Notes under the pieces: model-generated
Seen by the model: the letters and a program-made list of their open reading frames with translations, nothing else
What the model was told of the DNA's origin: nothing
Database searches by the model: none
Assembly: GCA_963668695.2 (NCBI GenBank)
Contig: CAXXLQ010000004.1
Span: 1,984,001 to 2,048,000, forward strand
Reading direction: 5' to 3'
Length of the DNA: 64,000 nucleotides
From: Vicinamibacteria bacterium
Lineage (GTDB): Bacteria > Acidobacteriota > Vicinamibacteria > Marinacidobacterales > Marinacidobacteraceae
Translations under genes and position numbers: made by a program
Shown here: positions 9,835-20,563 of the stretch, piece by piece
Layout: each line of letters begins with the position of its first letter
Position numbering within the stretch: the stretch's first letter is position 1

Positions 9835-12000
9835 TTACCGCGAGAATCCGAACCGGTATGCAGCCGACACCCGCAGACTGCGCCCCGGTTGCGGGACCAC
9901 CGCCGGGAACACCGCGTAGTACTGATCCGTCACGTTGTTCACCGCGAGGGTCCAGTCCACCCCGGCGAGGGGTCCCTGATCCGGGGTGAACCGCAGGAAC
10001 AGGTCGACGATCCGGTAGCCGGGCGCTTCCGCGTCGGAGGACGGGTCGGCTGACCGGCTCGCGGCCAGTCCCCGAGTCCTGCTTCCGGCGAAGCTCGCCC
10101 GGCCGCCGATTTCGAGATCGAGGACCGGAATCCGGGTGCTCGCCATGAGGTGGAGCGCGTTGGCCGGCGCCCTTCCGAGGGGGTCTCCGGTGGCGAGGTC
10201 TTCGGTGTCGAGGAGCGAACCGCTTGCCCGCATCCGGAACCTGGGTTTTTGAAAGAGTGCTGCGCTTTCGCAGCCCCTCAGTCGGGCGTCCAGCGACAGG
10301 TTGAAGGTCGAGCCCTGCAGGATGGTGAGGCCCGTGACCGGGTCCAACTCGGGTTGGAAGGCGGGATCCGCTACGAACACCACCTGATCCACGTAGTTCC
10401 CGACCGTCTGGTCGAAGCAGGTGGCCTCGAACGACCAGGCGCCGCGGCCGCCCCGGAATCCGGCTTCCCAGGAGGTGCCCCGTTCCGCGGCAAGCGTCGG
10501 ATCGGGCCGGAACCAGTTGAGCAGCTGGATCCCGCTGCCCACGGGGAATTGGAAGTGGAGTCCGTCGGCGTAGAGCTCGGTCAGACTGGGCACCCGGAAC
10601 CCGCGGGAGGCGCCGACCCAGACGAAGGCGGCATCCGCCAGGCGGAAACCGGCAGAAGCCCGGGGCGACATCTGGCCCTCGTCGCGTCCCGCGAAACGGT
10701 CCGCGCGGATCCGCCAGTTGTCGCGCCGGAGGCCGAGCGCGAGCTGCAACCGTTCGTGGACCTCGGCTTCGCCGTAGGCGAAGGCCCCGAAGTAGGCGGC
10801 CTCGGCGTCCGGAAACTGGAGCCTGGGCGCCGCGTCCCGCGTTCCCGACTGGCGGTCCCGGTAGGCCTCGGCGCCGACGTTCAGGGTGAAGCGCACCGCA
10901 TTGCCCCATCGGAATCGGGAGCTGTTGTTCGCCTCGATGCCCACAGTTTCGAACGCGGTGTCGTCCCGGCGGGTCAGGATCCGCATGTCTTCACCGACTT
11001 CTACTGCGTTGCGGTAGCCGAGGATGGACAGATCGACCCATTCGGACTCGCGGGAGCGGGTGGTGAAGCGGGCCCTGAGCGCTTCGAAGCGGGTGTCCCG
11101 GTCCACCAGGGTGCCGGTGAGATCGTTCGCGTTCGTGGGTTCCGCCGCCAGATTGTCGAAGCCCTGGAAGGAGACTTCCCAGCGGGTCACGGCGTTCGGG
11201 GTCCAGCCGAGCTTCACCAGGGCGTTCCGGAGTTCGTCCTCGGTGTTGGGAATCGCGTCGCCGTTCCCGTCGCGGATGGGCGCGCGCGTTCCCCCGAGGC
11301 CGAAGTTGACCAGCCCGTCGAATGTCTCGCTCGCCGCGAAGGCGGAAAAGGACTGGATGAGATCACCGCCGTTCGACTGGTAGCCGACCCGGTAGCGGCC
11401 GCCGAACTCTTCCCCGGCCTTCAGCAGGTCACGCGCGCTCCGGGTGGTGAGCGACACCACTCCTCCGAGGGCGCCGCTGCCGAAGACGGCGGAGTTGGCT
11501 CCGCGGAGGACTTCGACGCGCTGGAGGAGGTCCGGGTCGGTGAAGAATCTCCCTCCATGGGCGGCGTTGAAGTTCTGCCGCCCCCCGTCCTGGCGCACGA
11601 CTACCTGCTGGTCGGCGAAACCGCGGATGTTCGGCGATTCGGTGATCCGGCGGGCGTTCCCCTGAATGGCGAGGCCCGGAATGCCTTCGAAGAGGTCGGC
11701 AAACGTGCGCGCGGCCTCCGAAGCGAGTTCCTCTTCCGTGCGCACCGCGATGGCCGCCGGAGCCGTCAGGAGCGGAGATTCGACACGCGACGCGGTGACA
11801 ACCACCGTCTCGGACAGGACGGGTAGCTTCGTCCCTCGTTCTTCTTCGGGGCACTCTTCCTCTTCTGCCTGCCGCTCCTGCTCGGTCGCCGTCTGCGCGG
11901 GAGCGGAAAGCGGAGCGAACAGGATTCCGGCAAGCAGCCAGGCCAGCCGGTTGGTAGGGCCCGGGGGACTGGATCGCGGACTATCGGCCACGGGAGTCAT
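9835..12000 (-). CDS. TonB-dependent receptor, heme/hemoglobin type
   Basis: ETVVVTASR, NIRGF, DGGRQNFNAAHGGRFF, VEVLRG, FRAP-like FRVPSLTELY...H. Confidence 0.85.
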   Translation of the reverse strand: MTPVADSPRSSPPGPTNRLAWLLAGILFAPLSAPAQTATEQERQAEEEECPEEERGTKLPVLSETVVVTASRVESPLLTAPAAIAVRTEEELASEAARTFADLFEGIPGLAIQGNARRITESPNIRGFADQQVVVRQDGGRQNFNAAHGGRFFTDPDLLQRVEVLRGANSAVFGSGALGGVVSLTTRSARDLLKAGEEFGGRYRVGYQSNGGDLIQSFSAFAASETFDGLVNFGLGGTRAPIRDGNGDAIPNTEDELRNALVKLGWTPNAVTRWEVSFQGFDNLAAEPTNANDLTGTLVDRDTRFEALRARFTTRSRESEWVDLSILGYRNAVEVGEDMRILTRRDDTAFETVGIEANNSSRFRWGNAVRFTLNVGAEAYRDRQSGTRDAAPRLQFPDAEAAYFGAFAYGEAEVHERLQLALGLRRDNWRIRADRFAGRDEGQMSPRASAGFRLADAAFVWVGASRGFRVPSLTELYADGLHFQFPVGSGIQLLNWFRPDPTLAAERGTSWEAGFRGGRGAWSFEATCFDQTVGNYVDQVVFVADPAFQPELDPVTGLTILQGSTFNLSLDARLRGCESAALFQKPRFRMRASGSLLDTEDLATGDPLGRAPANALHLMASTRIPVLDLEIGGRASFAGSRTRGLAASRSADPSSDAEAPGYRIVDLFLRFTPDQGPLAGVDWTLAVNNVTDQYYAVFPAVVPQPGRSLRVSAAYRFGFSR

Positions 12001-12131
12001 GCGCCGGAAAGGCTAGCGTGGTGGGTGCTCAGAGAGACTCTTGGGCCACCCGAAAACGGGAAGAGGCCACGTCGGGTCGGATCCAACGCGCAGCGAGAGC
12101 GTTGAAGAACAGGGATAATCCGCCCATGCCC

Positions 12132-12359
12132 ATGACGAGAGCCGATGAGAAGCGGCGGGTCACCCTTCCGGACGTGACGCCGGGAGACGTGTTCGAGATC
12201 CGCAGTCCGGGGAACGGGGATTTCTTGCTGGTGCGTCAGCCCTCGCCGGCATCGCGGGCGCGCATGAGCCGGGCCGAGTGCCTCGACGCGATGGCGAAGA
12301 ACCCGCTCAAAATGCGCCTCAACTGGCAGGAGTTGCGCCAACTCACGCGCGAGCCATGA
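12132..12359 (+). CDS. Putative antitoxin (AbrB-like)
   Basis: Small ORF (ADEKRRVTLP) whose stop overlaps the PIN start (ATGA). Confidence 0.65.
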   Translation: MTRADEKRRVTLPDVTPGDVFEIRSPGNGDFLLVRQPSPASRARMSRAECLDAMAKNPLKMRLNWQELRQLTREP

Positions 12360-12992
12360 TCCTGTTGGACAGCAACGTCCTCATCTACGCTTCCGAACCC
12401 GGCGCCCGCTACCGCTCTTGGGCGACCGATGTCATCGTGGACGCGGTCTCCGCTGCGGGAGCGGCTGTTAACAGCCTGTGGTGAAACTCACGTGAACGCC
12501 GAGGTCGGTGAGGCCCAGTTCTCCCGGTGGGGGTCCGTCCGACGAGGCGCGTGAGGGAGGAATACCGGGTGTATTTCGACTGAAACGCAACGAAGAACGG
12601 AGCGAAGCGGAGTGGTTCGGGCGGGATGCATCGCCGGCCGAGCCCCCACCGGGAGAACTGGGCCGCGTGGGTTTTGCCACAGGCTGTTCACGCCGTCAGT
12701 CTCGCCGAGATCTGCGTCGGTGCCGAGGATCCAGATCTGGTGGTTGCCGAAATCCGTGCGTGGGGGATCGAAATCCTTGACATCCCTGCTTCCGCAGCCG
12801 TGCTTTCGGCTCGTGCATACCGGGCCTACCGCGAGCGCCGGCGCCGCCAGTCGGCGCTCGATGCCCCGGCCACACCCCTCCCTGACTTTTTTCATCGGCG
12901 CCCACGCTGAAGTGATGGGCTACTCGCTGGCGACGGCCGACACGTCCCGATTCGCGACCTACTTTCCCCAAGTGCCCCTGATCACGCCGTGA
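12356..12992 (+). pseudogene. vapC: VapC/PIN toxin interrupted by a MITE and a frameshift
   Basis: MILLDSNVLIY...AAV | MITE | HAVSLAEI...PLPDFF, extra T in the T6 run at 12887-12892, then IGAHA...LATAD...YFP. Confidence 0.85.
12470..12688. mobile_element. MITE copy 3, inside vapC
   Basis: TIR AACAGCCTGTGG...CCACAGGCTGTT; 219 bp. Confidence 0.9.
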
Positions 12993-13148
12993 TCGAGGTG
13001 CCGCGGTCCGCCCCGACCTCCATCGGGCCTTCAGTTTCCACGGCCCCAGCGACCACGACGCTATCCGTGCTCAGCGCCGAGCGGACTACGCGGAGAGATC
13101 GGGAAGCTTGGTGGTCCCGCATGGAGTGGTTCGGGGTCCGTTGCCCCC

Positions 13149-14831
13149 TCAGTACCCCATCGCGGCGCCGTCCTTGCGCGGATCCGACCCGCCCAGCAGA
13201 ACCCCGTTCTCCCAGTCGATCATGATCGCCTGGTAGCCGCCGTAGGCCCCGAACCGGGTCATCAGGGTGTGTCCCATGCGCGTCAGCGCCGCCAGCGTGT
13301 CCGGGTCCACCCCGGACTCGATGCCCACCTCGGAACCGCCGTGGCGGAAGCGCGGCATCTCTCCGGCCTTCTGCACGTGCATGCCGAAGTCGATCATGTT
13401 GAGCAACACCTGGGTGTGTCCCTGGGGCTGCATGTCGCCCCCCATGACCCCGTACGTCAGCCAGGGCTTTCCGTCCCGGAACGCCATCCCGGGCATGTTC
13501 GTGTGCAGCGCCCGCTTGCCGGGTTCCAGTTCGTTCGGGTGGCCCTCTTCGAGGGAGAAGCCGGTGCCCCGGTTCTGCAGCGCGATGCCGGTTCCCGGCA
13601 CCACGAGCCCGGAACCGAAGGTGCCGAAGAGGCTGTAAATGAGCGAGATTGCGTTCCGGTCCTTGTCCACCACCGTGAGATAGATGGTGTCGCCGTCGTC
13701 GGTCATCCCCGGGGCGACTTCGCGCGCCGCCCGCTCCGGTTCGATCGCGGAACGCCGCGTCGCCGCGTAGCGTTTGGAGATCAAGGTGTCAACGGACACC
13801 CGCATGTGTTCGGGATCGCCGAGGTAGGCGTCCCGGTCGGCGAAGGCCAGCTTCTTGGCCTCGATGAGCCGGTGCAGGTAGGCGGCGGAGTTGTGGCCGA
13901 GCCCTGTGAGGTCGTCGTAGCCCTCGAGGATGTTCAGCATTTCGAGCGCCACGAACCCCTGCGAGTTCGGGGGAATCTGGAAGACCTCGACGCCCCGGTA
14001 AGTGGTGCTGATGGGGTCCACCCAGGTCGAATCGTGCGCCGCCAGGTCGTCCCTGGTGACGAAGCCGCCCTCGGCTTCTAAGAAGTCGTGGATCGCCTCG
14101 GCGATCTCGCCGCGGTAGAAGACGTCGGCGCCCTGGTCGGCGATCTTGCGGAGCGTCTTCGCGAAATCCGGCGACCGGAAAACCTCCCCGTGTTCAGGGG
14201 CGCGTTTCCCGTCCACCAGATAGGCATCCGCCGTCGCCGGGTGGCGGGCGAGCCTCGATTCTGCGGACTTCCACTGGACCGAGATGATCTCGGAGACCGG
14301 GAAACCTTCTTCGGCATGCTGGATGGCCGGCCGGAGCAGTTCTCCGAGCGGCCGGGTCCCGAAACGGCTCACCAGTTCGTCCCAGCCGTCAAGCGCTCCG
14401 GGCACGGTCACGACGAGCGGCCCGTTCCCCGGCATCCGGGTGAGCCCGTCGGCGCGGAGCTGGGCGGCGTCGGCTCTCGATCCCGCCCGGCCGGTGGCGT
14501 TCAGGCCGTGAAGCGTCCCGGTCTCCGCCTCGTAATAGAGCGCGAAGAGATCTCCCCCGATGCCGCACATCATCGGCTCGACCACGTTCAGTACCGCCGC
14601 TGCGGTGATTGCCGCGTCCACGGCGTTTCCGCCTTCCATCAGCACGCGCAGACCGGCCGCCGAAGCGAGCGGCTGGCTGGTGGCGATCATGCCGTTCGTG
14701 GCGAGCACCGCAGAACGGCCGAGCTTCGTGTCCTTCGCCGGCCGGTCGCCCGGCGCGGCCGTGGCGCTCACGCCGAGCGCGGCGCCTGCCATCAGGGACA
14801 TGGAGAGGGGCAGGAGAACGGAAAACCGCAT
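13149..14831 (-). CDS. ggt: Gamma-glutamyltransferase
   Basis: GGNAVDAA, GIGGD, DTIYLTVVD autoprocessing Thr, GVMGGDMQPQG, SDPRKDG. Confidence 0.95.
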   Translation of the reverse strand: MRFSVLLPLSMSLMAGAALGVSATAAPGDRPAKDTKLGRSAVLATNGMIATSQPLASAAGLRVLMEGGNAVDAAITAAAVLNVVEPMMCGIGGDLFALYYEAETGTLHGLNATGRAGSRADAAQLRADGLTRMPGNGPLVVTVPGALDGWDELVSRFGTRPLGELLRPAIQHAEEGFPVSEIISVQWKSAESRLARHPATADAYLVDGKRAPEHGEVFRSPDFAKTLRKIADQGADVFYRGEIAEAIHDFLEAEGGFVTRDDLAAHDSTWVDPISTTYRGVEVFQIPPNSQGFVALEMLNILEGYDDLTGLGHNSAAYLHRLIEAKKLAFADRDAYLGDPEHMRVSVDTLISKRYAATRRSAIEPERAAREVAPGMTDDGDTIYLTVVDKDRNAISLIYSLFGTFGSGLVVPGTGIALQNRGTGFSLEEGHPNELEPGKRALHTNMPGMAFRDGKPWLTYGVMGGDMQPQGHTQVLLNMIDFGMHVQKAGEMPRFRHGGSEVGIESGVDPDTLAALTRMGHTLMTRFGAYGGYQAIMIDWENGVLLGGSDPRKDGAAMGY

Positions 14832-14880
14832 GAGGGGAACCTCCGGACAGGCAATCCTACGTGGAGCGCGAGCGCCGGGT

Positions 14881-16629
14881 TCAGGAACGTCCGCTTCGTT
14901 TCATGATGCGGGCCCAGGTGTCCCGGAGGCTCACCGTCCGGTTGAGGACCGGAGAGTCCGCCCGGTGATCCACCGGATCGGCGACGAAGTAGCCGAGCCG
15001 TTCCAACTGGATCCGCGCTCCGGGCTCGAGGTTCCGAAGCGCCGGCTCGACCTGCGCCGGAATGACCCGCATTGAGTCCGGGTTCAGGTCGCCGGCGAAA
15101 TCACCGTCCCGTCCCGGTTCTTCCACCCGGAAAAGCCGGTCGTAGAGCCGGACCGTGGCCGGGACCGCGTGCCGCGCGGAGACCCAGTGGAGGGTGGCGC
15201 GGACGCGCCTGCCGTCGGGGGCGTCTCCGCCGCGGCTGCCCGGATCCAGCCGGCAACGGATCTCCTGCACCCGCCCGTTCGCGTCCTTGGAGAAGCCGGT
15301 GCAGGTCACGAGGAAGGCGTAGCGGAGCCGCACTTCGCGACCGGGGGCGAGCCGGTAGAACTTTCGCGGCGGGTCTTCCAGGAAATCGGCCCGCTCGATC
15401 AGCAACTCCCGGGAAAACGGCACCGGCCGGGTTCCCGCCGCCGGATCCTCCGGGTTGTTCACCGCCTCGAAGATCTCCTCTCCGTCGTCCGGGTAGTTCT
15501 CGACCACGAGCCGCACCGGGTCGAGGACGCCCATGAAGCGGGGGCTCGTCCGGTTGAGTTCCTCGCGCACGGCGTGTTCGAGGAGGGCGATGTCCACGGT
15601 GCTGTCGCGCTTCGCCACCCCGACGCGCTCGCAGAAGGTCCGGATCGCTCCCGGCGGCACCCCCCGGCGCCGCAGCCCGGCGATGGTCGGCATCCTCGGG
15701 TCGTCCCACCCCGAGACGAATCCCTCCGCAACGAGGCGCAACAACCGGCGCTTGCTGAGCACGGTATAGCTCACGTTGAGCCTCGCGAACTCGATCTGGC
15801 GCGGGACGAACTTCGCCTGGCTCTCCGCCACGCACCAGTCGTAGAGCGGCCGGTGATCCTCGAACTCGAGGGTGCATAGCGAGTGCGTGATTCCCTCGAT
15901 CGAGTCGGAGAGCGCGTGGGCGAAGTCGTACATCGGGTAGATGCACCAGTCGTCACCCGTCCGGTGGTGGCGCAGCCGCCGGATCCGGTAGAGCGTCGGA
16001 TCGCGCAGGTTCAGGTTGGGGGAGGCCATGTCGATCCGGGCCCGCAGCACGTGCGCCCCGTCGGGAAACTCGCCCGCCCGCATGCGCCGGAACAGGTCGA
16101 GGTTCTCTTCGACGGTACGGCTGCGGTAGGGGCTCTCGCTGCCTGGGGACTCGAGCGTCCCGCGGGTTCGCCGGACCTCCTCGGCACTGAGGCTGTCCAC
16201 GTAGGCCTTGCCGCGCCGGATCAGCGTTTCCGCGAACTCGTAGAGGCGGTCGAAGTAGTCGGAGGCGAACTTTCGCGGACCTTCCCACTGGAATCCGAGC
16301 CACCGAACGTCCTCGGCGATCGACTCGACGTAGAGCGTTTCCTCCTTTGCCGGGTTCGTGTCGTCGTAGCGGAGGTTGCAGGTGCCCCCGTTCTCCGCCG
16401 CCACCCCGAAGTTCAGGACGATGGACTTTGCATGCCCGACGTGGAGGAAGCCGTTGGGCTCCGGCGGGAAACGCGTGCCCACCCGGCCGGCGTGCTTGCC
16501 CGCTGCGCGGTCGGCGGCGATGAAGGCCCGGATGAAGTCGGGCGGAGAGGGCGCCGGTAAGGGTGCCGGTACGGGCCCTGGCCCGCTCACCGTTTCGCCG
16601 TCGTTCTCCTGAGTCCTCCCGGTCGTCAT
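14881..16629 (-). CDS. glnS: Glutamine--tRNA ligase
   Basis: [47 protein letters not shown]. Confidence 0.96.
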   Translation of the reverse strand: MTTGRTQENDGETVSGPGPVPAPLPAPSPPDFIRAFIAADRAAGKHAGRVGTRFPPEPNGFLHVGHAKSIVLNFGVAAENGGTCNLRYDDTNPAKEETLYVESIAEDVRWLGFQWEGPRKFASDYFDRLYEFAETLIRRGKAYVDSLSAEEVRRTRGTLESPGSESPYRSRTVEENLDLFRRMRAGEFPDGAHVLRARIDMASPNLNLRDPTLYRIRRLRHHRTGDDWCIYPMYDFAHALSDSIEGITHSLCTLEFEDHRPLYDWCVAESQAKFVPRQIEFARLNVSYTVLSKRRLLRLVAEGFVSGWDDPRMPTIAGLRRRGVPPGAIRTFCERVGVAKRDSTVDIALLEHAVREELNRTSPRFMGVLDPVRLVVENYPDDGEEIFEAVNNPEDPAAGTRPVPFSRELLIERADFLEDPPRKFYRLAPGREVRLRYAFLVTCTGFSKDANGRVQEIRCRLDPGSRGGDAPDGRRVRATLHWVSARHAVPATVRLYDRLFRVEEPGRDGDFAGDLNPDSMRVIPAQVEPALRNLEPGARIQLERLGYFVADPVDHRADSPVLNRTVSLRDTWARIMKRSGRS

Positions 16630-17474
16630 CGCACCTCGGGCCCTCCGCGCCGATCGTCCCGCACGAAGCGGTCGCGCGCGGGCATCTTGATGCGGGGCAG
16701 CGACTCCGCGTCGAGCGCGTCTCCGGGCTCGAGAATCCCGTTCAACTGAAGGATGAACGCCGTCAGGGCGTACACGTCATCCGGAGGCAGCGTGCCGGGC
16801 GCGGCCTGCGGCATCGCGCGCCGGATGTAGTCGAAGAGCGTTGTCGCGTATGGCCAATAGCTGCCTACCGTGATGCGCCAGCTCCGGTCTTCCGAGAACG
16901 GGAACCGGTCACCGGGTACCCGGCCGGCCAGCGCTTCGAAGTCGGCGCCTTCGCCCCGGGCCCCGTGGCACTGCACGCACTGCAGCCGGTAAAGGGTCTC
17001 CCCGCGCTCCACCGAACCCCGCCCCGGAGGCAGCCCCTCGCCATCGGGGCCGATGTCGATGTCCCAGGCCGCGATCCGTTCCGGACTCGCCGCTTCCCCG
17101 AAGCCGAAGTCCGGGAGGTCGCTGATGTCTCCCAGGCTCCGCTCCCTTGCCTGCCGGAGCGCTTCGAGTTCCGCCTCGTTCAGCAGACCGGGCATCCCCG
17201 GATGGAGATCAGGCCGGGGCGGGGTGGCGGGCTCGGTGTCTCGCGCGGTGGAATCGGGGCCGAGCGCGGCATCGGAAGGGCTGGCCGGGGCCGCTGAGGT
17301 CTCGTCCGTGGACTCGGGGGAACAGGCAACCAGCAGGAGAAGGACTGCGGGAAGAACCCATCCGGGGGACGATCCGGGCGACGATCCGGGCGACGACCCG
17401 GACGAATCGCTGACAGCCGGTGGTGAAACCCACGCGGCCCAGTTCTCCCGGTGGGGGCTCGGCCGGCGATCCAT
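16626..17474 (-). CDS. soxD: Monoheme cytochrome c, SoxD-like lipoprotein (start uncertain, may come from the MITE)
   Basis: [43 protein letters not shown]; lipobox LLVAC. Confidence 0.8.
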   Translation of the reverse strand: MDRRPSPHRENWAAWVSPPAVSDSSGSSPGSSPGSSPGWVLPAVLLLLVACSPESTDETSAAPASPSDAALGPDSTARDTEPATPPRPDLHPGMPGLLNEAELEALRQARERSLGDISDLPDFGFGEAASPERIAAWDIDIGPDGEGLPPGRGSVERGETLYRLQCVQCHGARGEGADFEALAGRVPGDRFPFSEDRSWRITVGSYWPYATTLFDYIRRAMPQAAPGTLPPDDVYALTAFILQLNGILEPGDALDAESLPRIKMPARDRFVRDDRRGGPEVR

Positions 17475-17904
17475 CCCGGCCAAACAGCCGGTGATGAAAC
17501 CCACGCGGCCCAGTTCTCCCGGTGGGGGCTCGGCCGGCGATCCATCCCGGCTGAACCGCGTCGCTGCGCGCCGCTCATCGTTGCGTTTCGGTCGCAATAC
17601 ACCCGGGCCAGTTCTCCCGGTGGGGGCTCCTCCCTCACGCGCCTTGTCAGCCGGGCCCCCACCGGGAGAACTGGCCCCACCGGGAGAACTGGGCCTCCCC
17701 GGCCTCGGCGCTCCCGCGGGTTCCACCACCGGCTGTTGACCGTATCGCTTCGCGCCGCTCATCGTTGCGTTTCGGTCGCAACACACCCGGGCCAGTTCTC
17801 CCGGTGGGGGCTCCTCCCTCACGCGCCTTGTCAGCCGGCCGCCTCGCCCCCACCGGGAGAACTGGCCAGCCTCGGCGCTCACGCCGGTTCCACCACAGAC
17901 TGTC
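17412..17904. mobile_element. MITE copy 4, composite with internal duplications
   Basis: Ends GACAGCCGGTGGTGAAACC...GGTTCCACCACAGACTGTC; duplicated sub-blocks. Confidence 0.85.
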
Positions 17905-19162
17905 AACCCGCAAAGAAAACCCGCCCGTCGGATTCCACGCGCCACGGACGGATCTGGTTGAAGTGGTAGCGCGTGTAGGACCCGCGGGCCTGGAGCAGCG
18001 CTTCCCGGGTCGGCTGGACGTATCCGGTCTCGTCCGTGGCCCGGCTCATCAGGGTGGCGCCGCGGCCGTCCCACTTCCAGAGCTTGCGGAAACGGACGTG
18101 GCACTTCGGAAGCACCGGCTCCTGAAGTTCGGCGTCCTCCCAACTGTCGCCACCGTCGGTCGAGATCTCCACCCGGGTGATCCGGCCTCTGCCGGTCCAG
18201 GCGATACCCCGGATTTCCCACCAGCCGGGTCCGTCCAGTCGGGCAGGGAACGTCGGGAAGGTGATCAGCGACTTCGCGTCCAGCGTGAAGCTGAACATCC
18301 GCGCCTTCTCCCCGGGCAGGGGGTCGGTGTATTTGGAGGTCTCTTCGCGCGTCATGAACGGCCGGTCCGAAAGCTCGAGCCGGCGCAGCCACTTCACGCT
18401 CGCGTTCCCTTCCCATCCCGGCAGGAAGAGCCGGACCGGATATCCCTGCTCCGGCCGCAGCGGTTCTCCGTTCTGGGCATAGGCGACGATGGCGTCGTCC
18501 CACGCTTTCTCCATCGGAACCGAGCGGGTCATCACCGCGGCGTCCATCGCCTCCGCCAGGAACCAGGTGGCTTCGGGACGGGCTCCCACCTCCCGGAACA
18601 GAAGCTTCAGCGGCACTCCGGTCCACTCGCTGGTGCTGGTGAGGCCGTCCATCTCCTGCGGGCTCATGTCCCGGCGGCGGCCCTGGTTCTGGAACGCCGT
18701 GCCCCCGTTCCCGGAGCATTCGAGGAAGCGCAGCCGCGACTCGGCAGGAAATCGCTTCAGGTCCGCCAGCCGGAAGGTCGTCGGGCGCTCCACCATCCCG
18801 TGGATCACCAGCTCGTAGCGCTCCGGATCGATGTTGGGAATGCCGCCGTGGTGGCGTTCGAAGTGCAGGTCGGCGGGGGTCATGACGCCCTGGAGATATT
18901 GGAGCGGGGTGCGGGAGGAAGAGGAAGGCTCCAGAACCCGAACCATCCGCTCGGGTGTTTCGAACGCCGAGCGCTGCCCCACCGGGCTGGGCACCCGGCC
19001 CTGCATCTTGGTGGGGTCGTCCGGCGCCCGCGGCCGGCGCTTCGGCGCCTCCGCCGGCTGGGCGGCAGCCAGCGCTCCGGCGCCGACCGTGGCGGCCCCG
19101 ACGACTCCTGCGAGCACCTCACGGCGCGAGGGAAGCCCGCGACTCTCCCGATTGTTGGCCAT
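17903..19162 (-). CDS. soxC: Sulfite dehydrogenase/SoxC molybdopterin subunit, Tat-exported
   Basis: SRREVL Tat leader, HFERHHGG, FLECSGN, EQGYPVRL..PGWEGN..VKWL. Confidence 0.92.
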   Translation of the reverse strand: MANNRESRGLPSRREVLAGVVGAATVGAGALAAAQPAEAPKRRPRAPDDPTKMQGRVPSPVGQRSAFETPERMVRVLEPSSSSRTPLQYLQGVMTPADLHFERHHGGIPNIDPERYELVIHGMVERPTTFRLADLKRFPAESRLRFLECSGNGGTAFQNQGRRRDMSPQEMDGLTSTSEWTGVPLKLLFREVGARPEATWFLAEAMDAAVMTRSVPMEKAWDDAIVAYAQNGEPLRPEQGYPVRLFLPGWEGNASVKWLRRLELSDRPFMTREETSKYTDPLPGEKARMFSFTLDAKSLITFPTFPARLDGPGWWEIRGIAWTGRGRITRVEISTDGGDSWEDAELQEPVLPKCHVRFRKLWKWDGRGATLMSRATDETGYVQPTREALLQARGSYTRYHFNQIRPWRVESDGRVFFAG

Positions 19163-19241
19163 GGCCCGGATTATGGCGGATTCCCGGTTAGCCTGATTGT
19201 GCTCCAGCCGAATGGCGAGCCGCGCCGGCGATCTGTCGGTC

Positions 19242-19443
19242 AACAGTCCGTGGTGGAACCCGGGTGAGCGCCGAGAGCGGCCAGTTCTCCCGGTGGGGGC
19301 GAGGCGCCCGGCTGACAAGGCGCGTGAGGGAGGAATACCGGGTGTATTTCGACCGAAACGCAACGCAGAGCGCCGCAATGCGGCGCGGTTCAGGCGGGAT
19401 GCCTCGCCGCTCGAACGCCGCCTGGGTTTCCCCACGGGCTGTT
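19242..19443. mobile_element. MITE copy 5
   Basis: TIR AACAGTCCGTGG...CCACGGGCTGTT; shared core. Confidence 0.85.
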
Positions 19444-19609
19444 AGACCCTCCGAAATCGGGACCGCGGGATCAGCGGCATAAAGGGCATCCGGCCCGGTT
19501 CGGGGCGGTGTCTCTGCGCTGCTAAAATCGGTCGCCGCTCGCTTTCAGGTTGGGTTCCATTGGAGCCCACGCTGCTCCGGGAGGTACAGCGTCAGGAGGG
19601 AATCCCATC

Positions 19610-20557
19610 GTGAAAAGTCTTTATCCGACCCGTGGCCGCTGGCTTCTGGTAGCGGCAGCTTTGCTGCTGCTCGTTGCGGCGCCCGCTCTCGCGCAGCGGG
19701 GCGCGTTGCGCGGCAAGATCATCGACCCGGACGGCAACCCGGTCCCTGGAGTGCAGGTGTCCATCGTCCTGCTCGATGGTGGCGGGCGGCCCGTCCGGAT
19801 CGAGACCAACGACAAGGGAGAGTTCCTCCGGGCCGGTCTTCCCGTCCAGATGTATCGGGTGTCCTTTGAACTCGATGGCTGGGAACCGCTTCAGGCGATG
19901 GTCACCGTCACGAACGGGGGGCAGAGCAACATCAACGAGACCCTCTATCCCCTCCCGGAGGGAGTTCTCAGCCAGGCGCAGGCAGACCGCTTCAACGAGG
20001 CCAGCCAGGCCGCCCGGGATGCTTTCCTGGACGGCGACTTCGAGACCTCCGTGGCTGAGACCCTCGAGCTGATTGCGTTGACGCCGGATTCGGGAGGCCT
20101 GTATTTCAATCTGGCTGCCGCCTACGAGGAGACGGAGGACTACCCGGCAGCGATTGCCGCCTACGAGAAGTCGTACGAACTCGACGATTCCATGCTCAAC
20201 GCAATCATGGCGGTCGGGGATCTGTACGGCAGGCAACAGGAGTGGGAGCAGGCGCTCGCCGCCTTCGACCGCGCGATGGAACTCGTTGAGGGCAACGCTG
20301 TGAACCTGTTCAACTACGCGGTGTACGCGAGCAACGCCGAGCGGGTGGAACTCGCAGACGAGTTCTACGAGAAGGCGGCCGCCGCCGATCCCGAGTTTGC
20401 GCCGGCCGTCCTGCAGATCGGGATGGCGAAGGCGCGCAAAGAGGACCGGGAAGGCGCGATCGCCGCGTTCGAGCGATATCTCGAGATCGACCCCGACGGA
20501 GCCCAGTCGGCCATGGTGATCGAGATTCTCGACCAGCTCCGCCCGCCGGGCTCGTAA
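19610..20557 (+). CDS. Secreted TPR protein with carboxypeptidase-regulatory-like N-domain
   Basis: AGGAGG RBS, signal peptide, GKIIDPDGNPVPGV domain, TPR repeats. Confidence 0.85.
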   Translation: MKSLYPTRGRWLLVAAALLLLVAAPALAQRGALRGKIIDPDGNPVPGVQVSIVLLDGGGRPVRIETNDKGEFLRAGLPVQMYRVSFELDGWEPLQAMVTVTNGGQSNINETLYPLPEGVLSQAQADRFNEASQAARDAFLDGDFETSVAETLELIALTPDSGGLYFNLAAAYEETEDYPAAIAAYEKSYELDDSMLNAIMAVGDLYGRQQEWEQALAAFDRAMELVEGNAVNLFNYAVYASNAERVELADEFYEKAAAADPEFAPAVLQIGMAKARKEDREGAIAAFERYLEIDPDGAQSAMVIEILDQLRPPGS

Positions 20558-20563
20558 CCGGAG

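Noticed and set aside
17358-17403. 12-bp tandem repeat (GSSP x3) as a regulatory array
   Set aside because: Short low-complexity coding repeat in the cytochrome N-terminus
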